Below are positions 1 to 14,100 of a stretch of 64,000 nucleotides of DNA, piece after piece (the first letter of the stretch is position 1; every line of letters begins with the position of its first letter). The translations under genes were made by a program, and so were the position numbers. Source of the stretch: Chiloscyllium plagiosum (Eukaryota); the NCBI RefSeq assembly GCF_004010195.1, contig NC_057759.1, positions 7,241,593 to 7,305,592 on the forward strand, given 5' to 3'. The notes under the pieces are model-generated. The model saw only the letters and a list, made by a program, of their open reading frames with translations, was not told where the DNA came from and ran no database searches.

Positions 1-930
1 AATTTTTTCTGAACCCTTTCAAGTTTCACAACATCTTTCCGATAGGAAGAAGACCAGAATTGCACACAATATTCCAACAGTGGCCTAACCAATGTCCTGT
101 CCAGCCGTAACATGACCTCCCAACTCCAGTACTCAATAATCTGACCAATAAAATAAAGCATACCAAATGCCTTCTTCACTATCCTATCTACCTGCGACTC
201 CACTTTCAAGGAGCTATGAACCTGCACTCCAAGGTATCTTTGTTCAGCAACACTCCCTAGGATCTTACCATTAAGTGTAGAAGTCCTGCTAAGATTTGCT
301 TTCCCACAATGCAGCACCTCGCATTTTTCTGAATTAAACTCTATCTGCCACTTTTCAGCCCATTGGCCCATCTCGTCAAGATCCTGTTGTAATCTGAGGT
401 AACCCTCTTCGCTGTCCACCACACTTCCAATTTTGGTGTCATGTGCAAACTTACTAACTGTACCTCTTATGCTCGCATCCAAATCATTTATTTAAATTAC
501 AAAAAGTAGAGGACCTAGCACTGATCCTTGTGGCACTCCACTGGTTACAGGCCTCCAGTCACAACCCTCCACCACCACCCTCTGTCTTCTATATTTGAGT
601 CAGTGCTGTATCCGAATGGCTAGTTCTCCCTGTATTCCATGAGATCTAACCTTGCTAATCAGTCTCCGATGAGGAACCTTGTCGAACGCCTTACTGAAGT
701 CCATATAAATCACATCTACTGCTCTGCCCTCATCAATCCTCTTTGTTACTTCTTCAAAAAACGCAATCAAGTTTGTGAGACATGATTTCCCATGCACAAA
801 GCTTTGTTTACTATCCCTAATCAGTCCTTGCTTTTCCAAATACATGTACATCCTGTCCCTCAGCATTCCTTCCAACAACTTGCCCACCACCCAGGTCAGG
901 CTCAACGGTCTATTGTTCCCTAGCTTGTCA
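1..930 (-). mobile_element. CR1/L3-type LINE fragment (RT region)
   Basis: ORF 600..905: KSCLTNLIAFFEEVT...VDVIYMDFSKAFDKVPH, typical CR1 RT; continues through QGSVLGPLLF and SKFA(H)DTK motifs. Confidence 0.92.
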
Positions 931-937
931 TTAGCAA

Positions 938-1882
938 ATTAGCAAATTTGCTGATGATACAAAGCTAGGTGGCAGGGTGAAATGTGATGAGGATGTTAGA
1001 AGATTCCAGGGTGACCTGGACAAGTTAGGTGAGTGGGCAGATGCATAGCAGATGCAGTTTAATGTGGATAAATGTATGGTTATCCACTTTGGTGGCGAGA
1101 ACAGGAAGGCAGATTACTACCTTAATGGAATCAATTTAGGTAAGGGGGCAGTACAGAGAGATCTGGGTGTTCTTGTACACCAGTCAATGAAGGCAAGCAT
1201 GCAGGTACAGCAGGTAGTGAAGAAGGCTAATAGCATGCTGGCCTTCATAACAAGACGAATTGAGTATAGAAGCAAAGAGGTGCTTCTGCAGCTGTACTGG
1301 ACCCTGATGAGACCACACCTGGAGTACTGTGTGCAGTTCTGGTCTCCAAATTTGAGGAAAGACATTCTGGCTATTGAGGGAGTGCAGCGTAGGTTCACGA
1401 GGTCAATTCCTGGAATGGTAGGATTACCTTACACTGAAAGACTGAAGCGACTGGGCTTGTATACCCTTGAGTTTAGAAGACTGAGAGGGGATCTGATTGC
1501 GATGTATAAGATTATGTAAGGATTGGGCACTCTGGCAGCAGGAAACATGTTTCCGCTGATGGGTGAGTGCCGAACCAGAGGACACAGCTTAAAAAGACGG
1601 GGTAGACCATTTAGGACAGAGATGAGGAGAAACTTCTTCACCCAGAGAGTGGTGGGTGTGTGGAATGCTCTGCCCCAGAGGGCAGTGGAGACCCAGTCTC
1701 TGGATTCATTTAAGAAAGAGTTGGATAGAGCTCTCAAGGATAGTGGAATCCAAGGGTTATGGAGATAAGGCAGGAACAGGATACTGATTAGGAATGATCA
1801 GCCATGATTATATTGAATGGCGGTGAAGGCTCGAAGGGCCGAATGGCCTACTCCTGCACCTATTGTCTATTGTCTATTGTCT
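938..1882 (+). mobile_element. CR1/L3-type LINE 3' portion with (TATTGTC)n tail
   Basis: SKFADDTK, MQFNVDKC, RPHLEYCVQFWSP, RTRGHSLK, FFTQRVV.VWNALP; tandem 3' tail 1861-1881. Confidence 0.93.
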
Positions 1883-2085
1883 TATCGCCCTTCATAATCA
1901 GTGGCACGGTAGATCGCATAAATTGCAATTTAGGTGGAGCATTATCTCATCTGACCCTTAGAATCGGCAACACCATTTAATTATATCAGGGAATGTCTTG
2001 GTGGTAACTCATTTCCACTTTCCTGTCTGCACCCTGTGAAATTTTGAAAAGGAGTAGAAAATGCTGCCAAGACAAATTAGCTTAC

Positions 2086-2132
2086 ATCTTCGGGGACAGT
2101 TCCAGTTGTTGGATCCCAGCTGATCATTGGAT
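2086..2132 (-). CDS. Candidate cytoplasmic exon, 47 nt (Y-PMISWDPTTGTVPED)
   Basis: ctcatatttttcag|ATCCAATG...GAAGAT|gtaagc; open as phase 1 to 0. Confidence 0.5.
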
Positions 2133-5100
2133 CTGAAAAATATGAGTATATATGTAAAGAAAAAGGATATAGATCAATGCACACTAAATATTATTCCTCA
2201 GCCTTATACCTCTAACGTAAGAAACAATTACAGGTGTCAGGTTTACGAGATGCACAAGTGGCAGCTTAACTGACTTATTCACCACAATTGATCTTGATTT
2301 TAGATTTGACGTAACATAAAAGTTGTATACAGCGTCGAGTAAGCCACACAGGTAGAGTATCCAGTTGGGTTCAGGGGATATTTACAAAGATATTGCCAGT
2401 GTTGGAGGATTTGAACATTAGATTAGATTACTTACAGTGTGGAAACAGGCCCTTCGGCCCAACAAGTCCACACCGACCCGCCACCCACCCATACATTTAC
2501 CCCTTTAACCTAACACTACGGGCAATTTAGCATGGCCAATTCACCTGACCCGCACATCTTTGTGACTGTGGGAGGAAACCGGAACACCCGCAGGAAACCC
2601 ACGCATACACGGGGAGAATGTGCAAACTCCACACAGTCAGTCGCCTGAGTCGGGAATTGAACCCGGGTCTCTGGCGCTGTGAGGCAGCACTGCTAACCAC
2701 TGTGCTACCATGGAGCTATAGGGAGAGGTTGAACAGGCTTGGTTTGTTTTTCCTGGAGCATCGGAGGCTGAGAGGTGATCTTAATTATGAGGGGCATGGA
2801 TAAGGTTAATAGGCAAAGTCTTTTCCCTGGGGTCGGGGAGTCCAGAACTAGAGGGCATAGACTTAGTGTGAGAGAGGAAAGATATGAAAGAGAATACGGG
2901 GCAACTTTTTCACGCAGATGGTGGTTCGTGTATGGAATGTGCTGCCGGAGGAAGTGGTGGAGGCTGGTAAAATTGCAACATTTAAGAGGCATTTGAATGG
3001 GTGTATGAATAGGAAGTGTTTGGAACGATATGGACCGGCTGCTGGCAAGTGTGACTACATTGGGTTGGGATATCTGGTCGGCATGGATGGGCTGGACCAA
3101 AGGGTGTGTTTCCAAGCTGTTCCCCTCTATGACTCTATGGCTATATTTGAGGTAGGTAATGATTGCGTTGGATGGGGTGCAGAAGAGACTTAAGAGGATG
3201 TTATCTGGAGTCAGAGAGTGTTAATTGTGAAGAGAGATTAGGTACACTGAGATAAAAACAGAAATTTCTGTAGCAACTCAACAAATCCAGTCTTGAAGAA
3301 AACAACCGGACTTGAAATGTTAAATCTTTTTCCCTATCTCCTTCTCTCCACAGATGCTGCCAGACCTGCCAAGTATCTCCAGCCTATTCGGCTTCTATTT
3401 TAGATATTCAGCATGTCTTATTTTATTCGATAGACTGGTGTTGTTTTCCTTAGAGAAGTGGAGATGTGGTGGGGGGCATGGGTGTGATTGAAAAGACAAT
3501 GAGGGCCATAGATAAGGTAGCCTGGAAGAAAATGTCTTCCCTTGATTAGGGATCAAGGACGAGAGAGCAAGGGGCAGAGATTGAAGGTAAAGCGCAGTTG
3601 GTTTGGAGGGGAGATGAGGATAAACAGTGCCAATCAGAGAGTGATGGGGTGTCTGGAACTCTGACTGTGGGAGAAGCAGAAACTAGACATGGCATTGAAG
3701 AAGGATTTAGACATGCACTTGCAATGCCAAGACGATGGGCCCAAGTGCAGGGGAATTGTGATTAGAGAATAATGAGGTGGTTGCTTTTGATGGTTGCACT
3801 CCAAAGGGGCTGAATGGTCTGTTTCTGTGCTGTAGACCTTTATTATTCAAGCCACAGTTATGAATGTAGAATTGATGTTAAATTTATATAGGACACTATT
3901 CTAGTGAAAGCCAAAGGAAGCAATCATGGAACTTATTGATTGTTTCTGGCAATTTATATGCATGCATGTACTGTTTCCACCTTATCCCCAATGGATATTA
4001 TAATCTCTAAATAGAGACATTTTACAAATGTCTCTAGAATTTAGCTTCTCCTGAATTAAAATGGCAATAACTTATGTAAGGCTTTGATTGGACAAAGAAT
4101 ATTATGAATAGAAAAGTGACTTGTGAAGAGGACGTTATGAGCTTACGAAGGGATCGAGAAAATAAGTGAGTGGGTAAACATGTGGCGAATGGAGGGCAAT
4201 GTGGGAAAGTGTAATATTTGCCATTTTGGCAGAAAGGGTAAGAACGAAGCTCATCTATATGTTGAGATGTTGCAGATATCTGAGGCACAGAAGGATTTGT
4301 GTGTCCTCCTGCATGAATCTAAGATACGTTTGCAGGCACATTAAGTAATCAGGAATACTAGTACGGTCAATTGTGAGGGCAATTGAATTCAGGAGTCCGA
4401 AGGTTATGCTTCGTTTATACAGGCGATTGGTGTTTCGACATCTGGAGTACTATACACTGCTCACTGTCCTTAAAGAAGGGTGTTACTATTTCAGAAGCAG
4501 TTCAGAGAACGTTTGCTGGACTAATCCCTGAACTGAGTGGATTGCCTCATGTGGAAGGCTAGTTAGGCTCGGCCCTGTATCCTCTGGAGTTCAGAATATT
4601 CAGGGGTGACTGAATTGAAACATAGTACCCTTTCCCGACGAATATCGAGAGGCTGTTTCCCCCAGTGGGGAAATGTAGAACTAGGAGTCACTGTTTAAAA
4701 ATAAGGAGCTGCGTATTTAAACGGAGAAGAGGAAATATTTTCTCTGTCAGAGAGTTATGAGTCTTTAGAATTCGCTTCCTCAAAAGGCATTGCATGCAGT
4801 ATTTTTTTAATACAAAGAGAGTTAGATGGTTGATTCCCAAGCGGGTTTATTATGATGGGGCAAAGCGGGTGGTTATGCATGAATGTCGATTCTGGATAAA
4901 ATCAGATCAGCAATAATCTCATTAAGTAGTGCATTAGGCTTGTAGGCCGATTATTGTCCCGTGCGCATGCACTAAACACTGAAGAATGTGTGACATTTCC
5001 TAATCTCATAAAATCACTGGATCTGTATTTGGGGGCAATTCAGGAAAGAAAATGAGGAGAACGGCGTTGTTGACTTTGTTCAGGTTTCTTATCAATTGGC

Positions 5101-8100
5101 TTATATTGATAGTAATTATTAACTGGAAACTGAAAGACATGAATATTGAAATAAAACGCCAGGAATAAATCTACAGTGCAACAGTGAGTCACACGGTAAT
5201 AATGATCAAATACTAATTCTCACTAAAATGTGACGCATTAGTTAAATGGATATTTTTACTGAGAACACCTATAGAATGAAAAATTGTCTAGATGCCGGAA
5301 TTCTGTCCAATTGAAATTCAAAAATGCAATTGGTACTCAAATAGGGGCCACTCTGCATGTTGAACTAATCAATTCTGCATAATTATTAAGGATCAGATCA
5401 TGAGCCAATTACTAAATGTTCAATATTCCCAAATCCGTTTGTCATTTCCAATGGACTGAGAGCATTAGGAGCAAGAAACTCCACATTACTGATATCACTA
5501 ATACATTTGTTGAAGTCAACATGTTTGCCCACTTGAGGACAAAGAATTTACAAGTATTACACTTGCAGGTGTATTCAGTTTTACAATTAGTTGACAGTTA
5601 GAAAGTATATAATATGGAAAAGAAATATTTAAACATAGGAACAGGGTAGATTAAAAAAAACTATTTCCACTGGTTGGGGATTCGAGAACGAGGTGAGATG
5701 ATCGATGAATTTGGTCCAGTGCATTCATGTTAGATCTCAGGAAAAAGTTAAGTTAATAACATTATCCAGCACGGTTAGACGCGCTTCAGTAAAAGAAGTT
5801 GCACCTCAGGTCGCTGTTATATCTTTCCCCTATCACTTTTATCCTATGCTCTCGAGTTTCGGAATTCCATACCTGGGAAAAGACTTTGGCTAGTCACCTT
5901 ATCTATTCCCCATATGATATGCAAATCTCTAAAAGGTCACCCCTCAACCTCAAAGTCCCCAAGTCTATAATTTAAATCCTCGAATCCCGTCTACACCCTT
6001 GAAATCTTTTTCTGCTCCATTTTCAATTTAACAACATGCTTTGATTGGAAAGTACGAGCAGAATTTCCCCACAGTATTCAAAGGTAGTTTCATCAATATC
6101 CTGTATAGCTGCACCGTGATGTCCCAGTTCTTGTGCTCAGTGCTCTGACCAATGAAGGTAAACGTGCCAAACGCCTTCTTCACCACTCTGTCCAGCTGCG
6201 ACATCATTTTCAAACAAATATGTACCTGCACCCCGAATTCTCTCTGTTTGACAACGCTCCCCAGGGTCCTACAATTAACTGTATAGATCCTGCTCTGGTT
6301 TGTCTGAGCAATATGCATCGCCTCACACTTACTTAAATTCAACTCCATCTGCCAATCCTTATCCCACTTGCCAACCTAATCAAGATCTCGTTGTACTATT
6401 AGATAACTTTCTTCTGACTTCTGCACAAAAAGTGTTGAGGAGGGTTGGAACTATCTTCCACAAACATCAGTGGATGCTGGGTCTGTTGCTGATTTTAAAT
6501 TTGGGAAATTTCGATAAGTGAAAATATTGAACGGATAGGGGCCAAAGAATGGTATATGGCATTAGGCCACAGATCAGCCATGAATGGCCGAACAGGTTAC
6601 AGATTCTAAAGTCCTACTCCTGTTTCTATGCTCTTAAGTATTATTACCAAATTGATCCTAACACTTACAGTCGAGTGTGTGCATCCTAGTATCCTGATCC
6701 AAAGTTACAGGTCCTTCCCTGAAAGCGACAATAAACAGTTTTAAATGGCATTTTATGTTTCAGTTCTTCTGATCTGACAACATTGACAGAGTTCAAGCAG
6801 TTGATCTAATTATCTAACTGTGAAAAAAGCCAAAGAATCAGGAATGTCTGGTTAACTTGGTTAGGCAATTGAAGAGGTCACAAAATTAACAGACAACAAG
6901 AGAACAATGTACTCATTTAATATTCTATTGGTACATCGCAAATCCATAAGGAACAAATTCAATTGGATACAGGGAAATGGATTGCCATGTGGAATCATTC
7001 TAAAATATTAATCCAGAGGCCCAATAATATTCTTACGGTCTGGCTTCAAATCCCACCATGAAGGAATTCTAATTCATTTTTAAAAGAAATCTGTCATCAT
7101 GTGCTTAATAATGACTGATGAAGACCAGTGCACCAAAAGTCTCCTTCACTGTCCTGTTTATCAGTGAGTTCACTTTCAGAGATCTTTGTACCTGAACTCC
7201 AAGGTCCCTCTGTTCCACTACACTCCTTAAGGCCTTAGCGAATCATATAATCATAGAATCCCTACAGTGTGGAAACAGTCCCTTCTGCCCAATAAGTCCA
7301 CACCGACCCTCTGAAGAATAACCCACCTAGACCCATTTGTCTATCCTATTACGCTGCATTTACCACGACGATCGCACCTAACCCACACATACATGAATAC
7401 TACGGACAATTCAGCATGGCCAAGTCACCAAACCTGCACATCTTTGGATTGTGGGAAGGAATGAACACTTCATGTCAATAGTTTCTAAGGTTTTAAATGT
7501 AAAGTCGACTGACACATGAGACATATGGTCCCTTGCGAATCCACTACTACGACACTTCATGAGGAGAAGGATTCTGAGAATACTGCCCTGTTTCCCTCCG
7601 AGTCTCACACCACCCTGATTCGGAGCACTAACTGGTTCTTTCACTTTTGTCGGGTGAGAATAGTGGAATCCCCTTCCATCTAATCAGTATGGATCCAGCT
7701 ACCTACAAGATGAACTGAAGGGTCCCGAAGACAGTTGAAATGATACTCCCAGAGGGCTATTAGAAATGGGCATATCCTAGCCAGCAGCACCCACATCTCG
7801 TGGATTAATGATTGCAAATAATATTGGAACAAATCTATCAGTCAACGGATCAGAATGAACTCAATTATCTGAACATCTCCTGTAGACCCCCCCCCCCCCC
7901 CCCCCAACCCCCGACCAGTGCTTTGCCATTCTTCCTGAAACGTGGAATGCTTGAAAATTAGACCATATGTTACTCGAGGAAAGCAATTTCACTGCAACAT
8001 TCGTTCAAATGTACAGTTCCAAATTGAGATATGGTGCAACCTGAGAAATGCGATCAAAGAATATATCACTCTGAATAAATAACACACTTTTGCACTGGGT

Positions 8101-11100
8101 GACATGGTCGCAGTCGGTCGTATTATTCAAATTATTCAAAAGTCAATATTAGATGCATGCATGCAAAAAAAGGACAAGAAACATGCAACTCAATGCTTGT
8201 GTTAACAAAGACAAGACACAATTTTGTATCTCACCTGTTCCTTCCTGAATGGTTTGGTTTGTATATAGGATAAAAGAAGAGATAAATATCAGATAAATAT
8301 CGAAAATCATATTTCAGACATATTTCTGCTTATTTTGATGAAGACAGACTTTAAGCAAAAAGAGGTTGGATAGGCGATGATTCAATAAGACATAGAAGCA
8401 GAAATTAGGCCATTCAGCCAATCACGTCTACTCTGTCATTCAATCATGGCTGATAAGTATCTTCTCATCTCTATTCTTCCGCTTTCTCCCCGTAACACTT
8501 CAACCCCTTGATACTGAAGACCTATCTATCTTAATCTTAAATCTACTCAATTACCTGACCTCCACAGCCATCATTACTCTCTGGCTGAAAAAGATTCTCC
8601 TTATTTCCTTGCCAACCGGTCTTCCTTTTCTTATAAAGCTCTGCCCTCATGTCTTCGTCTCTCCTCCGAATGTAAACATCTTCCCACCATCCACTCTGTT
8701 CAGGCCACTCAGTATTCTGTCTGTTTCAATTAGATCCCCCTATGTCCTTCTAAACTCCATCAACTATAAACTCAGAGTTTTTAGTCAAAGAATTACTGCA
8801 GTGCAAACAGAATCCATTCGCTCCATTCATTCTGCACCCACAGTCTCAAGACGATCTCACCCAGTCCGCCAATTCATCACAGCTAAAGCGTTGCCATACA
8901 TGTACTTATCTATTTTTTCAAATGTTGCAACTGTACTTGCATGATTAGATTAGATTACATTACAGTGTGGAAACAGGCCCTTCGGCCCAACAAGTCCACA
9001 CCGACCCGCCAAAGCGCAACCCACCCATACCCCTAACCTAACAGTACGGGCAATTTAGCATGGCCAATTCACCTGACCTGCACATCTTTGGACTGTGGGA
9101 GGAAACCGGAGCGCCCAGAGGAAACCCACGCAGACACGGGTAGAATGTTCCACACAGTCAGTCGCCTGAGGCGGGAATTGAACCCAGGTCTCAGGCGCTG
9201 TGAGGCAGTAATGCTAACCACCGTGCCACCGTGCCGCCCGTGCATCTATCACTTCCGCTGACAGCTATTTTCATAAATGCACCATCCCCGTGCGAAAACG
9301 TTGCCCCTCAGGTTCCTTTTAGATTTTTCCTCTATCACGTTTAACCGATGCCCTCTCATTTTCTATATCCTGTTGGGTCAAAAGACCTTCGCTATTCACC
9401 TTATCTTTGCACTTTATTGTTTTATAAACTTTAATAAGATCACCCTTCAACCTCTTATGCCCCAGTGAAAAGGCTCCAAGCCGATTCAGCCTATCCTTAT
9501 AACTCAAAACTTACAGCCCTGACAACATGCCTGTAAATTTATTTGCACTTCCTCCAACTTAATAGCACCCTTCCTTTAGCAGCGGGAACTAGAACTGCAC
9601 ACGATACTGCGAACTTTGCCAGCCAACGTTAAGTACAACCTCAACATATAACCCTGCATTTCCCACATCTCGCCCACCTAGCTTGCACATTCCTGGAGAC
9701 TGCAGGTCCATTTAACAAGGTCAGTACAACTAAAGTGTCCATCTTTGGATTGTGGGAGGAAACCAGAGCACCCAGTGGAAACGAATGGCGTCACAGAGAG
9801 AGTATACAAACTCCATCGTGACAGTCACCCAAATCTGTAATGAAGCCATGGCGCCTTGCACTGTAAGGCATCAACGTTAACCACTGAGTCATCGTGCCAC
9901 TCACAATTTGCACCAGGAAAGATAATGGAAAATATATACCTTTCTTTTGTTCCACAAACTAAAAGAACAGTGCTTAGATATCTTGCCTCTAACTCATGCA
10001 AGGATGGCACATCTGCAATGTCAACAACGACGAAATATTTATAATACAGGTCTAACCAAAAGTCAGAGAGACCTGTTTACTTATGCTGAACGTTGAAATC
10101 ATATTCAGAAATTTAGTAAAAGATTTCATTTTGCCAAATTGTCTGCAGCTGAACAAGCAGAACAGTTCTTGAGGTAATTTAAACAAAAGGTACAAAATTT
10201 TAGATATCACGTTACTTAGTGAGATGAATGGAAGGTAGAGTGATGACAACAGTGTGGGTCCTATTCCCACAACAACTGAGGTTACTATGCAGTACTCTCC
10301 ATCACCACCAATGCCCTTGACTGTGGTATGATGACCCACAGGCTTAACCAACACCCGTTGGTTCTCTGTAAGAGAGAGCTGCTCTGTGATTGGGTAAGAC
10401 CGTGATGACTTTACTGTAAAGCAATTCATCTGCACATTGCTTTCCAATGGAGAAAGTATCACGGGATTTGGATTCTATTTCCCTCTCCTCACAGCTGCTG
10501 CCAGGCCTACTTAGATTTTTCAGCAATTTCTGTTTTTGTGTGTTTCAGATCTCCAGCATTTCGCAGTACTTTTTAAAAATAGAATCCCTAGTGTGGAAAC
10601 AGGTCTTTTGGCCCTTCAAGTCCACATTGACCCTACGAAAGGTAACCCACCCAGAACCATTCCCTTACACTATTACTCGACAAGTACACCTGACTAATGC
10701 ACCTAACCTACGCATCCCTGAACACTACGGGCAATTTAGTATGATCAATTCACCTAAACTGCACATCTTTGGATTGTGGGAGGAAACCAGAGCACCCGGA
10801 AGAAACCAAAGCAGACACGGGGAGAATGTGCAAACTTCAAATGGGCAATCGCCAGAAGCTGGAATTGAACATGGGTCCTGTGAGACAGCAGGTCCTAACC
10901 AATGAGCCACAGTGCCACAGTTTATACAAAGAATGTGGAAATTTAATGCCATCAGTATCAATTCCAGACATTGGGGATCTTACTGTAATGTCACCATATT
11001 TCCTGAAAACAACAGTCCTGCTGTCTTTCCAGAAGTAGTTGAACGTGAGTATCACCATGCCTCAGACGAGGGGAGAGGTTAAGAAAAGCTCTTCATGGTA

Positions 11101-14100
11101 ACGTCATCTATGACGGGATTTGAACCCAAAAGCTGACATTCCTCTGCATCGCAAACCAACCATCCAAACAACTGAACTAGACGAAAGGTGAGTACTGCAC
11201 ATGCTGGAGTACAGAGTCAAGATCTGAGTGGTGCTGGATAAGCACAGCAGGACAGGATCATCAGGAAGGGCTTTTGCCTGAAACGTCGATTTTCCTGCTC
11301 CTTGGATGCTGCCTGATTTGTTGTGCTTTACCAGCAACACTCCAATCTTGAAACAACTGAATTAACCGACCCAGGTCATCCGTAAAAAGTCTTCACATGT
11401 TCTGCATCACAAACCAGGGGCCGAATGACCTTCTCCTGCAACTAGCCTTTGCATTATCTCCATTCTTATTGATGGAAGGTGGAGAATGCACTCCAAATCA
11501 GAGAAATATGAGTTGCGCACTTAGTGCTACAGACTTCAAACAGATACATGCAGTGGTACATTTGTCAAACTAATTGGACATTACAATTTTTGAGCATATT
11601 AGAGTCATCGGGTCATGCAGACCAGAAACAGTCTCTCCATCCCAGTTCATTAATCCCTAAACTGAAAGAGTCTCAATTGCCGTCATTTGGCCCACCTACC
11701 TCTACGTTTTTCCTGTTCACGTTCCTGTGCAAATGTATTTTAAATGTTGCAATCGCAACTTCCTCTGACTAATCGTTCCATATACGCACCAGTCTCTGTG
11801 TGAAAAAGTTGTCCCTCAAATCCCTTCTCAATTTTTCGCCTCTCGCCTTAAACCTCTGCCATGCAGTTATTGGACTCTCCTACCCTGGGGAAAAGAGCTT
11901 GGCTATTCACCTTATCGATGACGCTCGTGATTTAATAAAGCTTGCTGTTATTGAAAGCGCAAATACCTCCTTTAATAATTATCAATGTGCAGATCAAAAT
12001 GAAGATGAACAGAAGTAGCAGCAGGGCAGATCCCAGAATAAACAGAAGTTGCATGTTAATTCCATCTGAAACAGATTGACAAAAACAAGTCTTGTCAAAT
12101 AACATACTGTTGCAATGGTAGTTTATAAATGTATATGCTTCTCTGAGTCCTTTCAAAACAGATACCCTCAAACACATTGCATAACTCAGCAGGTTAAATT
12201 CCAAACATGAGACAGATCCGATTGCGATACACAATGACAGGGGAATGCTGTTGGAGCTGGAAAGCACTTAGGTGTGGCCACAGCTGGAGCACTGTGTGCA
12301 GTTCCAGTCTCCACATTATAGGAATGACGTGATTGCGATGGAATGGGTGCAAAGGAGATTCCCCAGGATGTTGCCTGTGATGCAGCATTTCAGTGATGAA
12401 GAGAGGCTGGATAAGCTCAGGTTGTTTCCGTGTGGGAGAGAAGGTTGTGGACCTGTTAGAGGTGTGTAAGACTTCGAGGGTAATGGATGGGGGAATAGGA
12501 AGCAGCTGTTCCCCTTGATCGAACGAACAACAACAATGGGGGAGAGCATCATTTTAAAATGAACAAAAGGATGTTTGGAGGGGGACTTGAGGGTTGTTTC
12601 ACACAGAGGGTGATGGGGGTCTGGACTGCACTGGCCAGGAGTATAGTTGAGGAAGGAAACATCACAGCATTTTAAAAATAGCCCTTGAATGAGTACTTGA
12701 AGTGCCATAGAATCACAGAGATGTATAGCACTTAACCAGACCCTTTGGTCCAACTCGCCCATGCTGACCAGATATTCGAAACTTATCTAGTCCCATTTGC
12801 CAGCACTTGGCCCATATCCGTTGAATCCGTCCTATCAATCTATCACTCCAGATGCCTTTTCAATTTGTATACTTGCACCAGCCTCCACCACCTCCTTTGG
12901 CTACTTATTCCAGACACGCACCACCCACTGGGTGAAAAGGTTGTCCTTTAGTCCCTATTTTTAATAGTTCCTCTCTCACCCCAAACCTTTGCCCTCTAGT
13001 TCTGGACTGCTCTGCCAGGAGGGTCCTTTGTCTTTTACCTAAGAGCTTGTGCTGTCTCGTGCTCTGCCCTCATCAATTCTCTTTGTAATTTTTTCAGAAA
13101 ACTCAGTCAACTTTGTGAGACACGAATGTCCACGCACAAAGCCGTGCTAACCAGCCCTAATCAGTCTTTGCCTTTCAAAATATATGTTAATCCTGTCCCT
13201 TAGGATTCCTTCCAATAACGTGCCCAACGCCAATTTCAGACTCACTTCCTCATCACTTTTCTAAAATAAAGGCACTACGTTAGCCCATAACATTCAAGGC
13301 AATGGAGTACAGTGCGGGAAAGTTGGACTAGTGCAGACTCTGTGTAGCTTCGACTGTAAGCCTCGATAGGTCGAAAAGCCTCTTCTGTACTTTATGATTT
13401 GATCCTCACCACTGCTGTTTTAATTCGCAAAATTGATGTTCTTACATTTTAAAGTTTCTGAGTTCAAGATAACGTAATATCGATCAAAAACATCAACTCC
13501 CTCTTTTGGAAAATGAAGAAAAAGGAACAACGGGGATACAGATTTAAATTTACTCGCAAACGAATTCAGGAATGAACGAAATGAGGAAAGCATTTTTCAC
13601 CCAGTGAGTAGTTGGGCTGCAGAGTGCACTGCTTACAAATATGGTAGAAACACGTTCAACTGAGGCATTCGAAAGGGGTATGGGAAAGAAATGGTGTGTG
13701 CAGGGAGATGGGGGTGGGGGTTGAGAGAAGGCAAGAAATTGGTCCTAGGCTATGGAATGAGTCCAGGTATGGTGGAACCAATGGTCGCTTCCTGCTCCAT
13801 AATAATCGCGTGGATCTGTGAACAAAAATGATGTTTTTAGTATGTGTGCTTCATCATCATTCATAACACAACAGAACTGGCGTTCTCCTGAAAACAAAAC
13901 TGATAAGGTTTCGCAAAAGAAGGGCTCATATTTATTTATTTCTTCTTTTTGCCATGTTGATTCATTTTTTTTGCACAAATCAGGAGTCGACTCACCTGTA
14001 TGGTGAAGTTTACACGTGTCTGACTCTATCCATCTCCCACCAATGTCCACTTGATAGCGACATGAATACTCAATGTTCTTGCTTCGAAATGGAGGGACCA

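Noticed and set aside
1..1882. Two opposed CR1 pieces as a single 5'-inverted (twin-primed) insertion
   Set aside because: Both pieces cover the same RT segment (FADDTK onward) with different sequence, so they are two independent subfamily copies.
1986..2033. Terminal exon GADRKVEMSYHQDIP* after acceptor tttcacag
   Set aside because: In phase with exon 2086, but it needs a 52-nt intron, below the usual vertebrate minimum; not called without transcript data.
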